A stretch of 64,000 bases of DNA from an uncultured Chloroflexia bacterium (GCA_963727005.1 CAVSEO010000001.1:13085-77084), one strand, 5' to 3'. Positions 20,130-31,074 are shown, counted from the first letter of the stretch. Numbers and translations are program-made. The notes: generated by a model from the sequence alone, not told the origin.

Positions 20130-21061
20130 CCGTCCGTTCGTCAGTGTCTGGGCGGCCACCGAGATGGGCTGGGCCGCGAGGTCGATCAAGGTGCGGTTGC
20201 CCAGCGGCCTTTTCAGGGTGACCGCAGCCGTCCTCTCGAAGCCCACGGCGGCGCATGGGACCGGCAGTCGGATTGCCGTGCTCGAAGACGACGACGACTA
20301 CTCCTGTGTCCGACTCGACCGCTTCGGCTGTGTAGTCCGCGCCACAGGGCTTGTCGCCGGCGTCGCGAGCGCCCACGAACGTGACCGTCAGAACGAGGCC
20401 GGTCGCGTCGATCGTCGCCGACTGGACGGCGGGCCCGACCCACGGAGCCGACTCCGGCGGGTTCTGCGAGTCGGGGGTCGGCAGGGCAGGCGGTGTGACC
20501 GATTCGGCAACCGCGATCTGGTCGAGCTTGACGTCCGTGTCCTTCAGGCTGAACTCCCAGGCGGGCGCCTGGGCCGAGCCTTCGCTCGTGTCGAACCTCG
20601 CGGTCGTCAACTTCGCGCCGGTCACGTGGAGAGGAGTGCAATCCGGGCAAGCCTGTGCCGGCCCCGCCTTCAAGTCCGCGAAGGCCTGTTGTGCGGAAAT
20701 CACCGGCACCGACGCGGTCTTGCCGTTTGACCAGGAGACCTGGGCATCGGACGGGATCTCGCCCGGGAGTGCCACATCCGACTCGAAGAGACCGGCGTAC
20801 CAGGCAGCCTTGGCGTTGCCGCCATCGATGTTCGGCCCCCAGTCGTTGCCCACGAAGAGAGTCTTCTCGGAGACGAGAATGAAGCTCGGTCCGCCCGACG
20901 AGCTTGCCAGCGCACTGCTCCAGCGCGCCAGCGCGTCCTGCGCCTGTTGGTCGTATCCCAGACGTGGAAGGGCCTGCGCTGGCGCCCGGCGATACGCATC
21001 CATAGACACCGGCCGCCAGGCCGACAACAGCCAGAAACCGGAACCCGCGCCAGCCGCTCAT
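20092..21061 (-). CDS. hypothetical lipoprotein; frameshifted near both ends as assembled
   Basis: Signal/lipobox MSGWRGFRFLAVVGLAAGVYGC in the frame of ORF 20213..21061. Main body in ORF 20092..21027. The C-terminal about 40 codons are ambiguous between frames, so the 3' end is uncertain. Confidence 0.5.
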
Positions 21062-21144
21062 CTCCGTCCTCCCTCAGCCCTCTCATCAGATCCTACGCCG
21101 ATCGCGGTCGGGAAGATCAATCGCGCCGCGATCGGCCCCGCGGC

Positions 21145-22450
21145 CTACCAGTCCGGGTCGATCTGGCGGTCGAGGAATTCCGTCGGCGACATGCGCGGTC
21201 GAATGAGGCGGGCGCGACCGCCCTTGACCGCAACCTCCGCCGGCCACGGATGCGACAGGAAGAGCGGCATCGACTCCGTGAAGCCGTAGGCGCCTACGTC
21301 CAGCATCGCCACCAGGTCGCCGACTCGCGGCCGCGGAAGCATCGCCTCCGTCGTGAATACGTCCAGGCCGGTGCACAGCGGCCCCGCCACGGTGGTCCGG
21401 ACGAGGGCCCGGACCGCGTCGGAAGTCAGGACGGCGAGGCGGTGCTCGGTCCTCACCAGGGCCGGCCGCACCGCGTGGTTGATGCCGCCGTCCAGGATCG
21501 CCACGGGCGCGGACTCCGGGCCCTTGACGTCCACGACCCGGGCGACGTAGGCCCCGGCCGGTCCCACCAGGAAGCGGCCCGGCTCCAGGAGCACGGTCAT
21601 GTCGCGCAGTCCGGGGCTGGCGTCCCAGTGGGTTCGAAGCTCCGCGAGACGCCGGCCGAGCCGAGCGAGGTCCAGCGGCCGCTCCCCGTCGACGTAGGGG
21701 ATACCCAGCCCGCCGCCCGCGTCCACGATGCGGAGAGGAACGCCCGCTTCGGTGGCCACTTGCCGGCCGATCTCCACGAGCTCCGCGACGTGACCGGCCA
21801 GCTGCTCGGCATCGCGCAGGTTGGAGGCGCCGAAGGCGTGGACGCCCAGAAGCTCCAGGTGCGGCGACCCGGCCGCCTCCCGCGCGGCCTCCATCAGCGT
21901 GTGGAGCGGCATACCGAACTTGCCCTCTACGCCGCCGATCAGGCGCACCGTCTCCAGTCGCGAATCCTCGGAGACGGCGAGGCGCAAGAGGATGGGCTGG
22001 CGGCGGTCGAGTCCGGCCGCGATCTTCTCGAGCCGGCGCAGCTCGCCCACCGACTCGACCGTGACCATGCCGACGCCGGCGGCCACCGCGGCCGCCAGTT
22101 CGTCCTCGCGCTTCCCGGGGCCCGTCATCGCGACAGAGGCCGGATCGAAGCCGGCCCGCAGGACCGTCTCCAGCTCGCCACCGGACGCGATATCCGCGCC
22201 GACTCCGCAGCGGCGCAGGTGGGCCACCACGGCCAGCGCGGGGTTCGCCTTCACCGCGAAAGCCACCCGGAAACCTCGCGGCAGGATCGCCTGAAGAGCT
22301 TCGACTCGCCGTCCGATCAGGTCCAGGTCGTAAACGTAGAAGGGCGTACCGAATTCCTCGGCCAGGGCCTCCGGGGCGAGACCGGCAAGCCGGCCCAGCG
22401 TCCAGGATCCCGCCGATGCCTTCAGCCGAGCCGGCGGCCGATTGCGTCAC
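21145..22450 (-). CDS. lysA: diaminopimelate decarboxylase; N-terminal frameshift as assembled near 22395
   Basis: AFAVKANP..., DIASGGELE, GGGLGIPY, EPGRFLVGPAG, CTGLD. In-frame upstream sequence (LAGLAPEALAEEFGTPFYVYDLDLIGRRVEAL) has no start codon. A GTG at 22450 overlapping the dapD stop (GTGA) is in another frame. Confidence 0.85.
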
Positions 22451-23271
22451 CGTAGCGCCTCCTCGAGCGCGACTCGAGCGTCCGTGCGTTCGTCACGGTA
22501 TTTCACCACGATGGCGACGGAGAGGGCCAGTCCGTTGCTCTCGGCGAAGGCCCCCGCTGCGCTCCGGACGCCCGGCACGACGACCGCGCCGGCGGGGACG
22601 ACGAGCGGCTCTTCCAGCGTCCCGACGATCACCCGATCCCGAACCAGGTCGTACAGCCTGCTCGTGCCCGTCAGGATGACCCCGGCGGCGACTACCGCGC
22701 CCTTCTTGACGAGCACGCCCTCCAGGAGGGCGGCCTGGGCGCCGACGAAGACCTCGTCCTCGACGATGACCGGGCGACGCCCGGGCGGCTCCAGGACGCC
22801 GCCGATCTGGACCCCGGCGGAGAGGTGGACCCGCGAACCGATCTGGGCGCACGACCCCACCAGGACGTGCGAGTCGATCATGGTCGATTCGCCCACCCAG
22901 GCCCCGACGTTGATGTAAGAGGGCGGCATGATGGTCACGCCCGGGGCAAGGTAGACGCCGCCGCGGACGGAGGTGCCACCGGGGACTACGCGCCACGGCT
23001 TGCCGGCCGCGAGCGCCGCCTGCGCCTCCTCCGAATCCAGCAGCTCCTTGACGGGCAGCCCGACGCGATCGCGGAACTGGAGGGCGCCTTCCAGATCCCA
23101 GGTTCGAGTCTCGCGGTTGCCGAAAAGCCCGAGGATCGCCTGCTGGATCTCCGGGTTGACGCGCCAGCCGCCCGGCGAGTCTTCGTCCGGCTGAGCGGCT
23201 CGAACGCGTCCCGCGTCCAGGTCGGCCAGGATGCCGGGTAGGACGCCGGGTGAGCCTGCCGTTCCGCTCAC
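22447..23271 (-). CDS. dapD: tetrahydrodipicolinate N-succinyltransferase
   Basis: Left-handed beta-helix hexapeptide region (GVYLAPGVTIMPPSYINVGAWVGESTMIDSHVLVGSCAQIGSRVHLSAGVQIGGVLEP). GTG at 23271 overlaps the dapA stop (GTGA). The track ORF extends further upstream as Arg-rich junk. Confidence 0.85.
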   Translation of the reverse strand: MSGTAGSPGVLPGILADLDAGRVRAAQPDEDSPGGWRVNPEIQQAILGLFGNRETRTWDLEGALQFRDRVGLPVKELLDSEEAQAALAAGKPWRVVPGGTSVRGGVYLAPGVTIMPPSYINVGAWVGESTMIDSHVLVGSCAQIGSRVHLSAGVQIGGVLEPPGRRPVIVEDEVFVGAQAALLEGVLVKKGAVVAAGVILTGTSRLYDLVRDRVIVGTLEEPLVVPAGAVVVPGVRSAAGAFAESNGLALSVAIVVKYRDERTDARVALEEALR

Positions 23272-24254
23272 GCGTGAGCCGCGGTGGCGCTGCGCGAACG
23301 TCGGGCGATCGGGATCGGGTGCGCGCCGGCCGATCCTTCGGCCGCCTCCAGCAGACCCGCGTTCTCGAGAACGAGCTGCAGCCGGCTCCGGTGCGGCTCG
23401 TCGAGCGGCAGTAGCGGCTGGCGGAGCGCGTCCGTGATCAGGCCCATCATCGACATCGCCGCCTTGACCGGGACGGGGTTCGGCCCGCCGGAGAAGTTGG
23501 CCTTCATCAGCGGCAGCCACTGTTCGTGGATGCGCCGCGCGGCGTCCCAATCGCCGGCGAACGCGGCGTCGCACATCGCCGCCATCTCGGCCGGTATCTC
23601 ATTGGCGCAGGTGCAGATGACGCCGTCGCCACCGAGGGCGAGCATCGGCATCGTCCACGTGTCGTCACCGGCCAGGACCGAGAAGTCGGCCGGACGGTCG
23701 CGCAGGATCGTGGCGATCTGGTCCATGTTGGCCGAGGCTTCCTTCACCGCCACGATGCGCGGGTGCTCCGCGAGCCGCAGAAGCGTCGCCGCCTCGACGT
23801 TCACGCCCGTTCGGCCGGGGACGTTGTAGACGATGATCGGGAGATCCCCTTCCTCGGCGACCGCCAGGAAGTGCGCTTCGAGCATCCTCTGGTCCGGCTT
23901 GTTGTAGTACGGAGCCACGACCAGGGCCGCATCCACGCCCAGCTCGGCGGCGCGGCGCGTCGAGCGGATGGCGGTCGCGGTGCTGTTGGAGCCCGTTCCG
24001 GCGATGACGCGGAGGCGGGCCCGGCTCGGCCGCTCGGAAGCGATCTCGAGGGTCGTTCCGATGACCCACTCATCTTCTTCGTGGCTCAGCGTCGGGGTCT
24101 CGCCGGTTGTGCCGCAGGGCACCAGGCCGTGGATTCCGGCGTCGATCTGGCGCCGGACGAGCATTCGGAAGGCGGCTTCATCGATTGCGCCGGTGGAGGT
24201 GAACGGTGTCACGAGGGCTGTGAACGCTCCTCGAAGCTGGCGGGTTGGTGGCAT
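23268..24254 (-). CDS. dapA: 4-hydroxy-tetrahydrodipicolinate synthase
   Basis: TALVTPF, GLVPCGTTGE, YNVPGRTG, VAVKEAS (Schiff-base Lys). AAGGAG RBS upstream. Confidence 0.92.
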   Translation of the reverse strand: MPPTRQLRGAFTALVTPFTSTGAIDEAAFRMLVRRQIDAGIHGLVPCGTTGETPTLSHEEDEWVIGTTLEIASERPSRARLRVIAGTGSNSTATAIRSTRRAAELGVDAALVVAPYYNKPDQRMLEAHFLAVAEEGDLPIIVYNVPGRTGVNVEAATLLRLAEHPRIVAVKEASANMDQIATILRDRPADFSVLAGDDTWTMPMLALGGDGVICTCANEIPAEMAAMCDAAFAGDWDAARRIHEQWLPLMKANFSGGPNPVPVKAAMSMMGLITDALRQPLLPLDEPHRSRLQLVLENAGLLEAAEGSAGAHPIPIARRSRSATAAHA

Positions 24255-25119
24255 CTGGTCTGCTCCTTCGGTTTGGGCGAGTCAGGGGCGGGCGGGCGGG
24301 GAGGGCGTCCGATGTGCCGGTCGATTGGCGACCGTTCGATTCGGCACCTGGGGCTTTGGCGCCCGAGGCTTTGGCGATGATCGAATCGACGACTTCGTCG
24401 AAGCTGTGGAAGCCCGGGGCTCGGGGTTCGGCCAGGAGCCACTCGGCGGCGGTGACGGCGCCGGCGGCGTAGGCCGATCGATCGCGAGCGGTGAGGCGCA
24501 TCTCCAGGCTCTCCCCGGGGGCGTCGAAGCCGACCAGGTGCATTCCCGGCGCGCTGCCGGCCCGGATGACGGCGACGTCCAGCTCGTCCGGAGCGGGGGC
24601 GCCGTGGGCCATCGGCTGGGCCACTCTCTGCTTGCGCGGATGAGCGGCGATCAAGCGTCGAGACAGGTCGATGGCGGTGCCGGAAGGGCGGTCCGCCTTG
24701 GTGCGGCGGTGCCACTCCACCAGGTACGGGTCGTATTCGGTGAACGGGCCGAAGAGGCGCGCGGCGTCTTCGACGAGCCGGGCGAACAGCATCACTCCCA
24801 GGCTGAAGTTGGGCGAGACCACGGCCGTTGCCTCGGCCTGGAGCAGCAGGGCCTCGACCGAGGCACGGTCGGACGACCAGTTGGTCGTGCCGATGACGAA
24901 ATGGCGGACCCCGCCCTCGAGCGCTCCATGGACGTTCTGGAGAACGGCATCGCCGACGGTGAAGTCCAGGAGCACGTCCGCGCCGGCGAATCGGGTGGGC
25001 GCGTGGCCGGCGGCCGTCTCGGGCATGCCCAGGATCGTCAGCGGTGGCATGCCGCGTCCGGCCAGCGCGCCGGCCACGGCACGGCCCATCTCTCCGTCGC
25101 CGGCGACGATGCTGAGCAT
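24178..25119 (-). CDS. dapB: 4-hydroxy-tetrahydrodipicolinate reductase; 3' end uncertain
   Basis: VIGTTNW, SPNFSLGV, EWHRRTKADRPSGTA. ATG at 25119 after GGAGG. The last about 60 codons are low-complexity and overlap dapA by 77 nt, so a C-terminal indel is possible. Confidence 0.85.
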   Translation of the reverse strand: MLSIVAGDGEMGRAVAGALAGRGMPPLTILGMPETAAGHAPTRFAGADVLLDFTVGDAVLQNVHGALEGGVRHFVIGTTNWSSDRASVEALLLQAEATAVVSPNFSLGVMLFARLVEDAARLFGPFTEYDPYLVEWHRRTKADRPSGTAIDLSRRLIAAHPRKQRVAQPMAHGAPAPDELDVAVIRAGSAPGMHLVGFDAPGESLEMRLTARDRSAYAAGAVTAAEWLLAEPRAPGFHSFDEVVDSIIAKASGAKAPGAESNGRQSTGTSDALPARPPLTRPNRRSRPDATNPPASRSVHSPRDTVHLHRRNR

Positions 25120-25160
25120 TCCGATGACCTCCGATGTATGCGTTGCGGTGACTCTCCGCC

Positions 25161-25202
25161 GCGAAAACAAAAGGCCGCGGCACCGCCCTCGGTGTCGCGG
25201 CC
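25161..25202 (-). terminator. intrinsic-terminator-like hairpin plus U-tract 42 nt upstream of the dapB start (candidate attenuator)
   Basis: Minus-strand RNA reads GGCCGCGACACCGAGGGCGGUGCCGCGGCC followed by UUUUGUUUU, directly before the dapB RBS. Confidence 0.55.
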
Positions 25203-25334
25203 CTCGGGAGCCTCAAGCCCCTCGGCTCCGCGGTTCGCTACGAACGCCGCCGAGCCCTAGGGCCGTGCCTCCCGGCAGGGCCGCCAGCGCTTCGATTTCG
25301 GCTTGGCGAGCATTCGAACGAACATGGTTCGCGG

Positions 25335-25364
25335 ATTATGCACCAGATGGCGGCTGATGCGCAA
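25335..25364 (-). promoter_or_regulatory. candidate promoter for the dapB operon (TTGCGC - 18 nt - CATAAT) inside an ATGCA-box array
   Basis: Read on the minus strand in the only clearly lower-GC patch of this intergenic region. A second CATAAT lies 41 nt upstream (25376-25381). Pattern-based only. Confidence 0.3.
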
Positions 25365-25765
25365 GCGTTGCGATGATTATGCAGCTTGCATACCGAGCGG
25401 ATGCATAGACGGTATGCGCCGCGGATTCGCGACCGGAGCCGGCTGCCGTGGCGGGTAAGTCCGGGCTGCCGCGTCCGTGTCCTCGGCCGGCGCTCCTGGG
25501 CTCACTTTCCCGCTCAATTCCACCGTGGGAGGAGCTAAGCGTGATGGACGGTCACGAGAGGGCCCCGGCTGCCGGTTCGAGGGCAGAATCCGGTCCGAGT
25601 TAGCCGTGAACGGCTAACTCGACGCCTTGGGGCAGGGGAGCGCCGACACCGGTCGCACCTAGTTCTTCTGGGGGTGGAAATTGGCAGAAATCGTGCTTGC
25701 CACTGCCGCCCACGCCGCTCCGCGCGCCGCGCCCCGGCTGCCGCCCCGCGCCCCCGCGCCGCTCG

Positions 25766-26791
25766 CTACTTGAGCGCCTCGGCCAGGATCGTTGTGAGCT
25801 GATCCCACTCGACCAGGAAGGCGTCGTGGCCCTTGGTCGAGAGGATCTCGCGGTAGACCGCGTCCATGCCCGCCTCCTTCGCCGTCTCGACCATCGCCTG
25901 GACCTGGTTGGTGCCGTAGAGGATGTCGCCCTCGATGCCGACGCCGGTCAGGCGCGTTCCGTAGGCGGCCAGCCGCCGCAGGGCGGCCACCTCCCCGCCG
26001 CGATCGCGGCCGATGTCGTGCGAGTCCATCGCCAGGACGAGCGCGCGGTAGGTGTCCGGATCGAATCGATCCAGGAGCTTGCGACCCTGGTGCTGGAGGT
26101 AGCTGACGATCGAGGGCGTGCCGTCCGGCTCGACTCGACCGGTGAAGCGCTGCTCGAAGTCGATCTCGCTGCGATAGGTCGTGATCGCCAGCTGGCGAGC
26201 CAGATCGAGGCCCTCCATGCCGAGCTTGTCCACGATCTCCAGCTGGATGTGGTCCCAGCCGACCGCGAGCTGGCCGATGCGCGCGGGTGCGGCCATCGGC
26301 ACGACGCGGCTGATCTCGCCGGGCCGTTCGAGTGCGACTTCCAGGGCGACCATGCCGCCGAGCGATCCGCCAACCGCGAGGGCCAGCTTGCCGATCCCCA
26401 GCGCGTCGAGCAGGCGCCACTGGGCCCGGGCCTGATCGCGGACCGAGACGCGGGGGAACGATCGACCGTAGGGCTTGCCCGTTACCGGGTTGCGTGAAAT
26501 CGGGCCGCTGGTGCCGTAGCGCCCGCCGAGCAGGTTCATGCAGATGACGCCGTACTTGTCGGTGTCGAGGATCTGGCCGGGCCCGATCAGCGGCGCCCAC
26601 CAGTCGCCGGCGGCATCGGCGGAGCCGGTCAGGGCGTGAACGACCAGGATCTGCCGCCCCTCGCCGATCGCGACGCCGTCGTGGCGGTAGGCCACGACCA
26701 GATCGGGCAGCACCTCGCCCGACTCGAGCTGGAAACGCCCGAGCCAGCGAGACGCGATCTTGCCGGCCTGCGGGTCGGGCTGGTTGTCCAC
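25766..26791 (-). CDS. metX: homoserine O-acetyltransferase
   Basis: VVHALTGSADAAGDWW, AVGGSLGGMVALE (nucleophile elbow), SHDIGRDRGG, ILSTKGHDAFL. Confidence 0.9.
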   Translation of the reverse strand: MDNQPDPQAGKIASRWLGRFQLESGEVLPDLVVAYRHDGVAIGEGRQILVVHALTGSADAAGDWWAPLIGPGQILDTDKYGVICMNLLGGRYGTSGPISRNPVTGKPYGRSFPRVSVRDQARAQWRLLDALGIGKLALAVGGSLGGMVALEVALERPGEISRVVPMAAPARIGQLAVGWDHIQLEIVDKLGMEGLDLARQLAITTYRSEIDFEQRFTGRVEPDGTPSIVSYLQHQGRKLLDRFDPDTYRALVLAMDSHDIGRDRGGEVAALRRLAAYGTRLTGVGIEGDILYGTNQVQAMVETAKEAGMDAVYREILSTKGHDAFLVEWDQLTTILAEALK

Positions 26792-27129
26792 ATCGTTCAG
26801 GCTACGAAAACCGAGATCCCCGCGTGCGGTCGAGACGCCCGGATCGGCGGCGATGAACCTCGATTTGGGGGATCGAGGGGCAGGAGTGGCCGCTTCGGCC
26901 GTGGCCGAGACCGCAGCCGGAGGTCCGGCCGTGGCCGCGGCACCGGCCGTAGCCTCAGACGAAGCGGCGCCGAGTCCCGCGGGGGACCCGGCGCGTTCGA
27001 TCGCGGAGCCGGCAGAGGTTCGGGGCGAGCGGCGTCGGGGCGCGCGGCATCAGTCCGCGCGGAACCGGTCCGCTTCCCCGAAACCCAACGAGTTGCCGAC
27101 GCCGACATGGCGGTACTCCGAGGCGTGGT

Positions 27130-28671
<1,542 letters not shown>

Positions 28672-28906
28672 CTAGTGCGCTGGCGCCTCAGACCCCATCC
28701 TCCGCACTTCGGGGCCGCCCGGGCATGGACATCATAGAACCGCGCAGGCTAAGCGAGCTTTCGCTCGAGGCCTGGCGCGAATTCTCCCGGCGGCTGAAGG
28801 TGCTGGCGTTCATTGGGGGCAGAGTGTGCCGTATCGGGCGCGGACGCGTCAAGTGCGCCGCACAGGGCGTTGCCTCTGCCGAACCAGGCAGGCGAGCGAC
28901 GCGGAT

Positions 28907-30922
28907 CTAGCGAGAACGGCGGCGGGGCGACATCTCCTCCAGCCGAGCTCGGGCCCGGATGGTGAGCGGGTTGTCCTCCCCGAGGGTCCGGCGATATCCG
29001 TCGACGACGGTGCGAGCCAGGTTCCTGGCCGCGACCTTCCGGCCCAGATCCATCAGCGCCTCGGCGTCATGGCCGACCAGCTCGAGGGTGTCCGGATCTT
29101 CGGGTCCGGGGTGCTTGCGCAGGATCGCGAGAGCCTCGCCGTATGCCGCATGCGCCGCGGCCGGATCGGACATCCTGCAGGCGACGTCCGCCAGGTGGCC
29201 GCGCAGGTCGCCCACGGCGCGACCGCGCTTGCCCTGCACCACCAGGTATCCGTCGAGAGTCGCCTGATAGGTTGCCCGGGCCGGCTCGAACTGGCCCAGC
29301 CGCTCGAGGGTCCGGCCGAGGTTGTGACCGAGCTCCAGCGTGCGTGGATCGTTCGGGCCGATCGCCTCGCAGCTGCTGGCGTACAGCCGACCCAGCGGAC
29401 CCGCCACTCGCTCGGAGATGCTCCGGGCCTGCTCCTCCTCGCCTATCTCCTCCAGCATCTCGGCCAGCCACACCAGCGCGTCCAGGGTGCGCTCGTCCTT
29501 CGGTCCGTGGAGCTGCTCGTGAGTCTCGACGAGCCGTTTCCAGTGGTCACGGGCAGAATCGAGCTCGCCGACCTTGCGCTCCTCCCAGGCCAATCCCCGG
29601 AGCGCCTCCAGCGTCTCCTCGGCCTCTGCCCCCAGGCGGCGGTCCTGCGTCTCGTACAGCCGGGCGAAGGCGCGGCGTGCGTCGGCGTGCGCTTCCATCT
29701 TGGTCAGGACGCGGGTCAGCCCCTGGAGTGTCCACACGGTGTCCGGCTCGTCCGGACCGATGATCCGGATCCGGGCCTCGGCCAGCTCGCCCAAGCGCGC
29801 CGCGGCGCCGCTCAGGTCGCCCAGCTGCTCGAGGTTCCAGGCCAGGTCGCCGATCGCCCACATCGTCGCCGGGTGATCCGGCCCGAGGATCTTCTGCCGG
29901 CGCTCCAGCAGCTGAACGTCGAGGTCGTGCGCCCGGCGATGGTCGCCGCCGCGCCCGATGGCGTCGGCCAACCCGGCCAGGGCGTCGAGAGTGGCGACAT
30001 CCTCGGGCCCGTTGAGGCGGGTGAGCTTGTCGAACAGGTTGCGATACGCGATCGCCGCCGCTTTCCCTTCGCCCAGCTTGAGAACCAGGCGGGCGTGTTG
30101 TGAGATCGCCGCGAGCGTCTCCGGCGCATCCGGCCCGAAGGCGGCGATCGTGGCCGCCAGGGCCTGCTCGGAGAGCGATCGTCCGGAGGCACTGTCGCCT
30201 GCCCCGACCAGCGCCCGGGCGAGGCTCAGCATCGCGTCGAGCGTGTCCGCGTGACTCGGTCCCAGGACGCGGCGGCTGCGGTCGACTCGCTCGGCCAGCA
30301 CCTCACACGCCCTCGGGTACTCCTCCATGGCGATGAGGACGCTGCCCAGGTTCGTCATCGTCCGAAGGGTCAGCGCGTTCTCCGGCCCGAGGACGCGACG
30401 TTGCGTGTCCAGGAGCTGCTCGAACGTGGCCCGCGCAGCGGCGTTATCGCCGAGGGCGCGGTGGGTAAGGCCCAGGTTGTGAAGGGCGCTGAGCGTGGCC
30501 GGGTCCTCCGCGCCCAGGGAGTTGCGCCGGCCGTTGTAGACCCGCTCGTACAAGGGCCGGGCCAGCTGCGGCTCCTCCATGTACGACAGGGCGATCGCCA
30601 GGCCGTGCACCGCCGAGAGCGTGTCGAGGTTGCGTGGTCCGAAGACGCGTTCCGACCTCTCGAGCAGGACGGTGTAGGCGTCCCGGGCGGCCTGGTATTC
30701 CTCGAGTTCCATGGAGATGGCCGCGAGACGCGCCTCGACCTCGATCGTGGTCGGGTGGTCCGGGCCGAGCAGTTTCCGGCGCGCTTCCAGAACCTGCCGA
30801 CATATCGGTCGCTGCAGGCGGGGGTCTGCAACTCCTTCGAGCAGGACGCTCAGGTCTTGCAGCGCCGCGAGTCCGGCGATTGCTCGAGCCGGCGTGTCCG
30901 TGCCGGCTGACACGCGATCCAT
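28907..30922 (-). CDS. standalone tetratricopeptide-repeat protein (TPR_10/TPR_12, kinesin-light-chain-like array)
   Basis: 671 aa made almost entirely of about 42-aa repeats with the recurring ...LGPDHPxTL.../...LGPExxxTL... signature (about 14-15 copies by eye). No enzymatic or NTPase domain visible. Confidence 0.85.
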   Translation of the reverse strand: MDRVSAGTDTPARAIAGLAALQDLSVLLEGVADPRLQRPICRQVLEARRKLLGPDHPTTIEVEARLAAISMELEEYQAARDAYTVLLERSERVFGPRNLDTLSAVHGLAIALSYMEEPQLARPLYERVYNGRRNSLGAEDPATLSALHNLGLTHRALGDNAAARATFEQLLDTQRRVLGPENALTLRTMTNLGSVLIAMEEYPRACEVLAERVDRSRRVLGPSHADTLDAMLSLARALVGAGDSASGRSLSEQALAATIAAFGPDAPETLAAISQHARLVLKLGEGKAAAIAYRNLFDKLTRLNGPEDVATLDALAGLADAIGRGGDHRRAHDLDVQLLERRQKILGPDHPATMWAIGDLAWNLEQLGDLSGAAARLGELAEARIRIIGPDEPDTVWTLQGLTRVLTKMEAHADARRAFARLYETQDRRLGAEAEETLEALRGLAWEERKVGELDSARDHWKRLVETHEQLHGPKDERTLDALVWLAEMLEEIGEEEQARSISERVAGPLGRLYASSCEAIGPNDPRTLELGHNLGRTLERLGQFEPARATYQATLDGYLVVQGKRGRAVGDLRGHLADVACRMSDPAAAHAAYGEALAILRKHPGPEDPDTLELVGHDAEALMDLGRKVAARNLARTVVDGYRRTLGEDNPLTIRARARLEEMSPRRRSR

Positions 30923-31026
30923 CGACAGAACAACTACTCCTGACTAGACGCCCTGTGGGCGCCAATGATGGCAGGTTCTCCGCTCAAACGGTCACCGCCC
31001 GTTTCGGCGCCGGCGGTTCGGGCCGG

Positions 31027-31066
31027 CGTAAGGGCCGGCGTTCGGGCCGGCGTTCGGCAGACCCGG
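31027..31066. repeat. three tandem copies of a 12-nt unit (TTCGGGCCGGCG) between the TPR gene start and the plsY stop
   Basis: GGGCCGGCG occurs at 31030, 31042 and 31054 with exact 12-nt period. Confidence 0.6.
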
Positions 31067-31074
31067 GATCCGCG

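Noticed and set aside
18288-20246. 652-aa minus-strand ORF
   Set aside because: Antisense to cydA/cydB. The composition is extremely Arg/Asp/Glu/Gly-rich with no hydrophobic pattern.
25120-25330. Calling the dapB leader a lysine (L-box) riboswitch
   Set aside because: Only loose resemblances (GCCGAAA, CGAAGCGCUGG, GGGAGGCAC). The five-helix core with AGAGGCGC...CGCCGAAG...CUGUCA...GGAGAG could not be laid out. The leader after the candidate promoter appears too short. It is reported as an unclassified attenuator instead.
25441-25620. RNase P RNA-like words (GGGUAAGUCCGGGCU and GCAGAAUCCGGUCC on the plus strand), a T-arm-like GGTTCGAG, and ydaO-like GCUAAC/GAAUCC words
   Set aside because: The two P4-like halves are only about 145 nt apart, against roughly 290 nt expected. 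The other universally conserved RNase P elements are missing. No cloverleaf can be drawn around GGTTCGAG. There is no downstream plus-strand gene for a cis-regulator. I kept the region only as an unexplained structured stretch.
26797-27108. 103-aa minus-strand ORF in the metY-metX spacer, and the 61-aa ORF 28725..28910
   Set aside because: Arg/Pro-rich or composition-poor, with no RBS and no recognisable family. Most likely non-coding.
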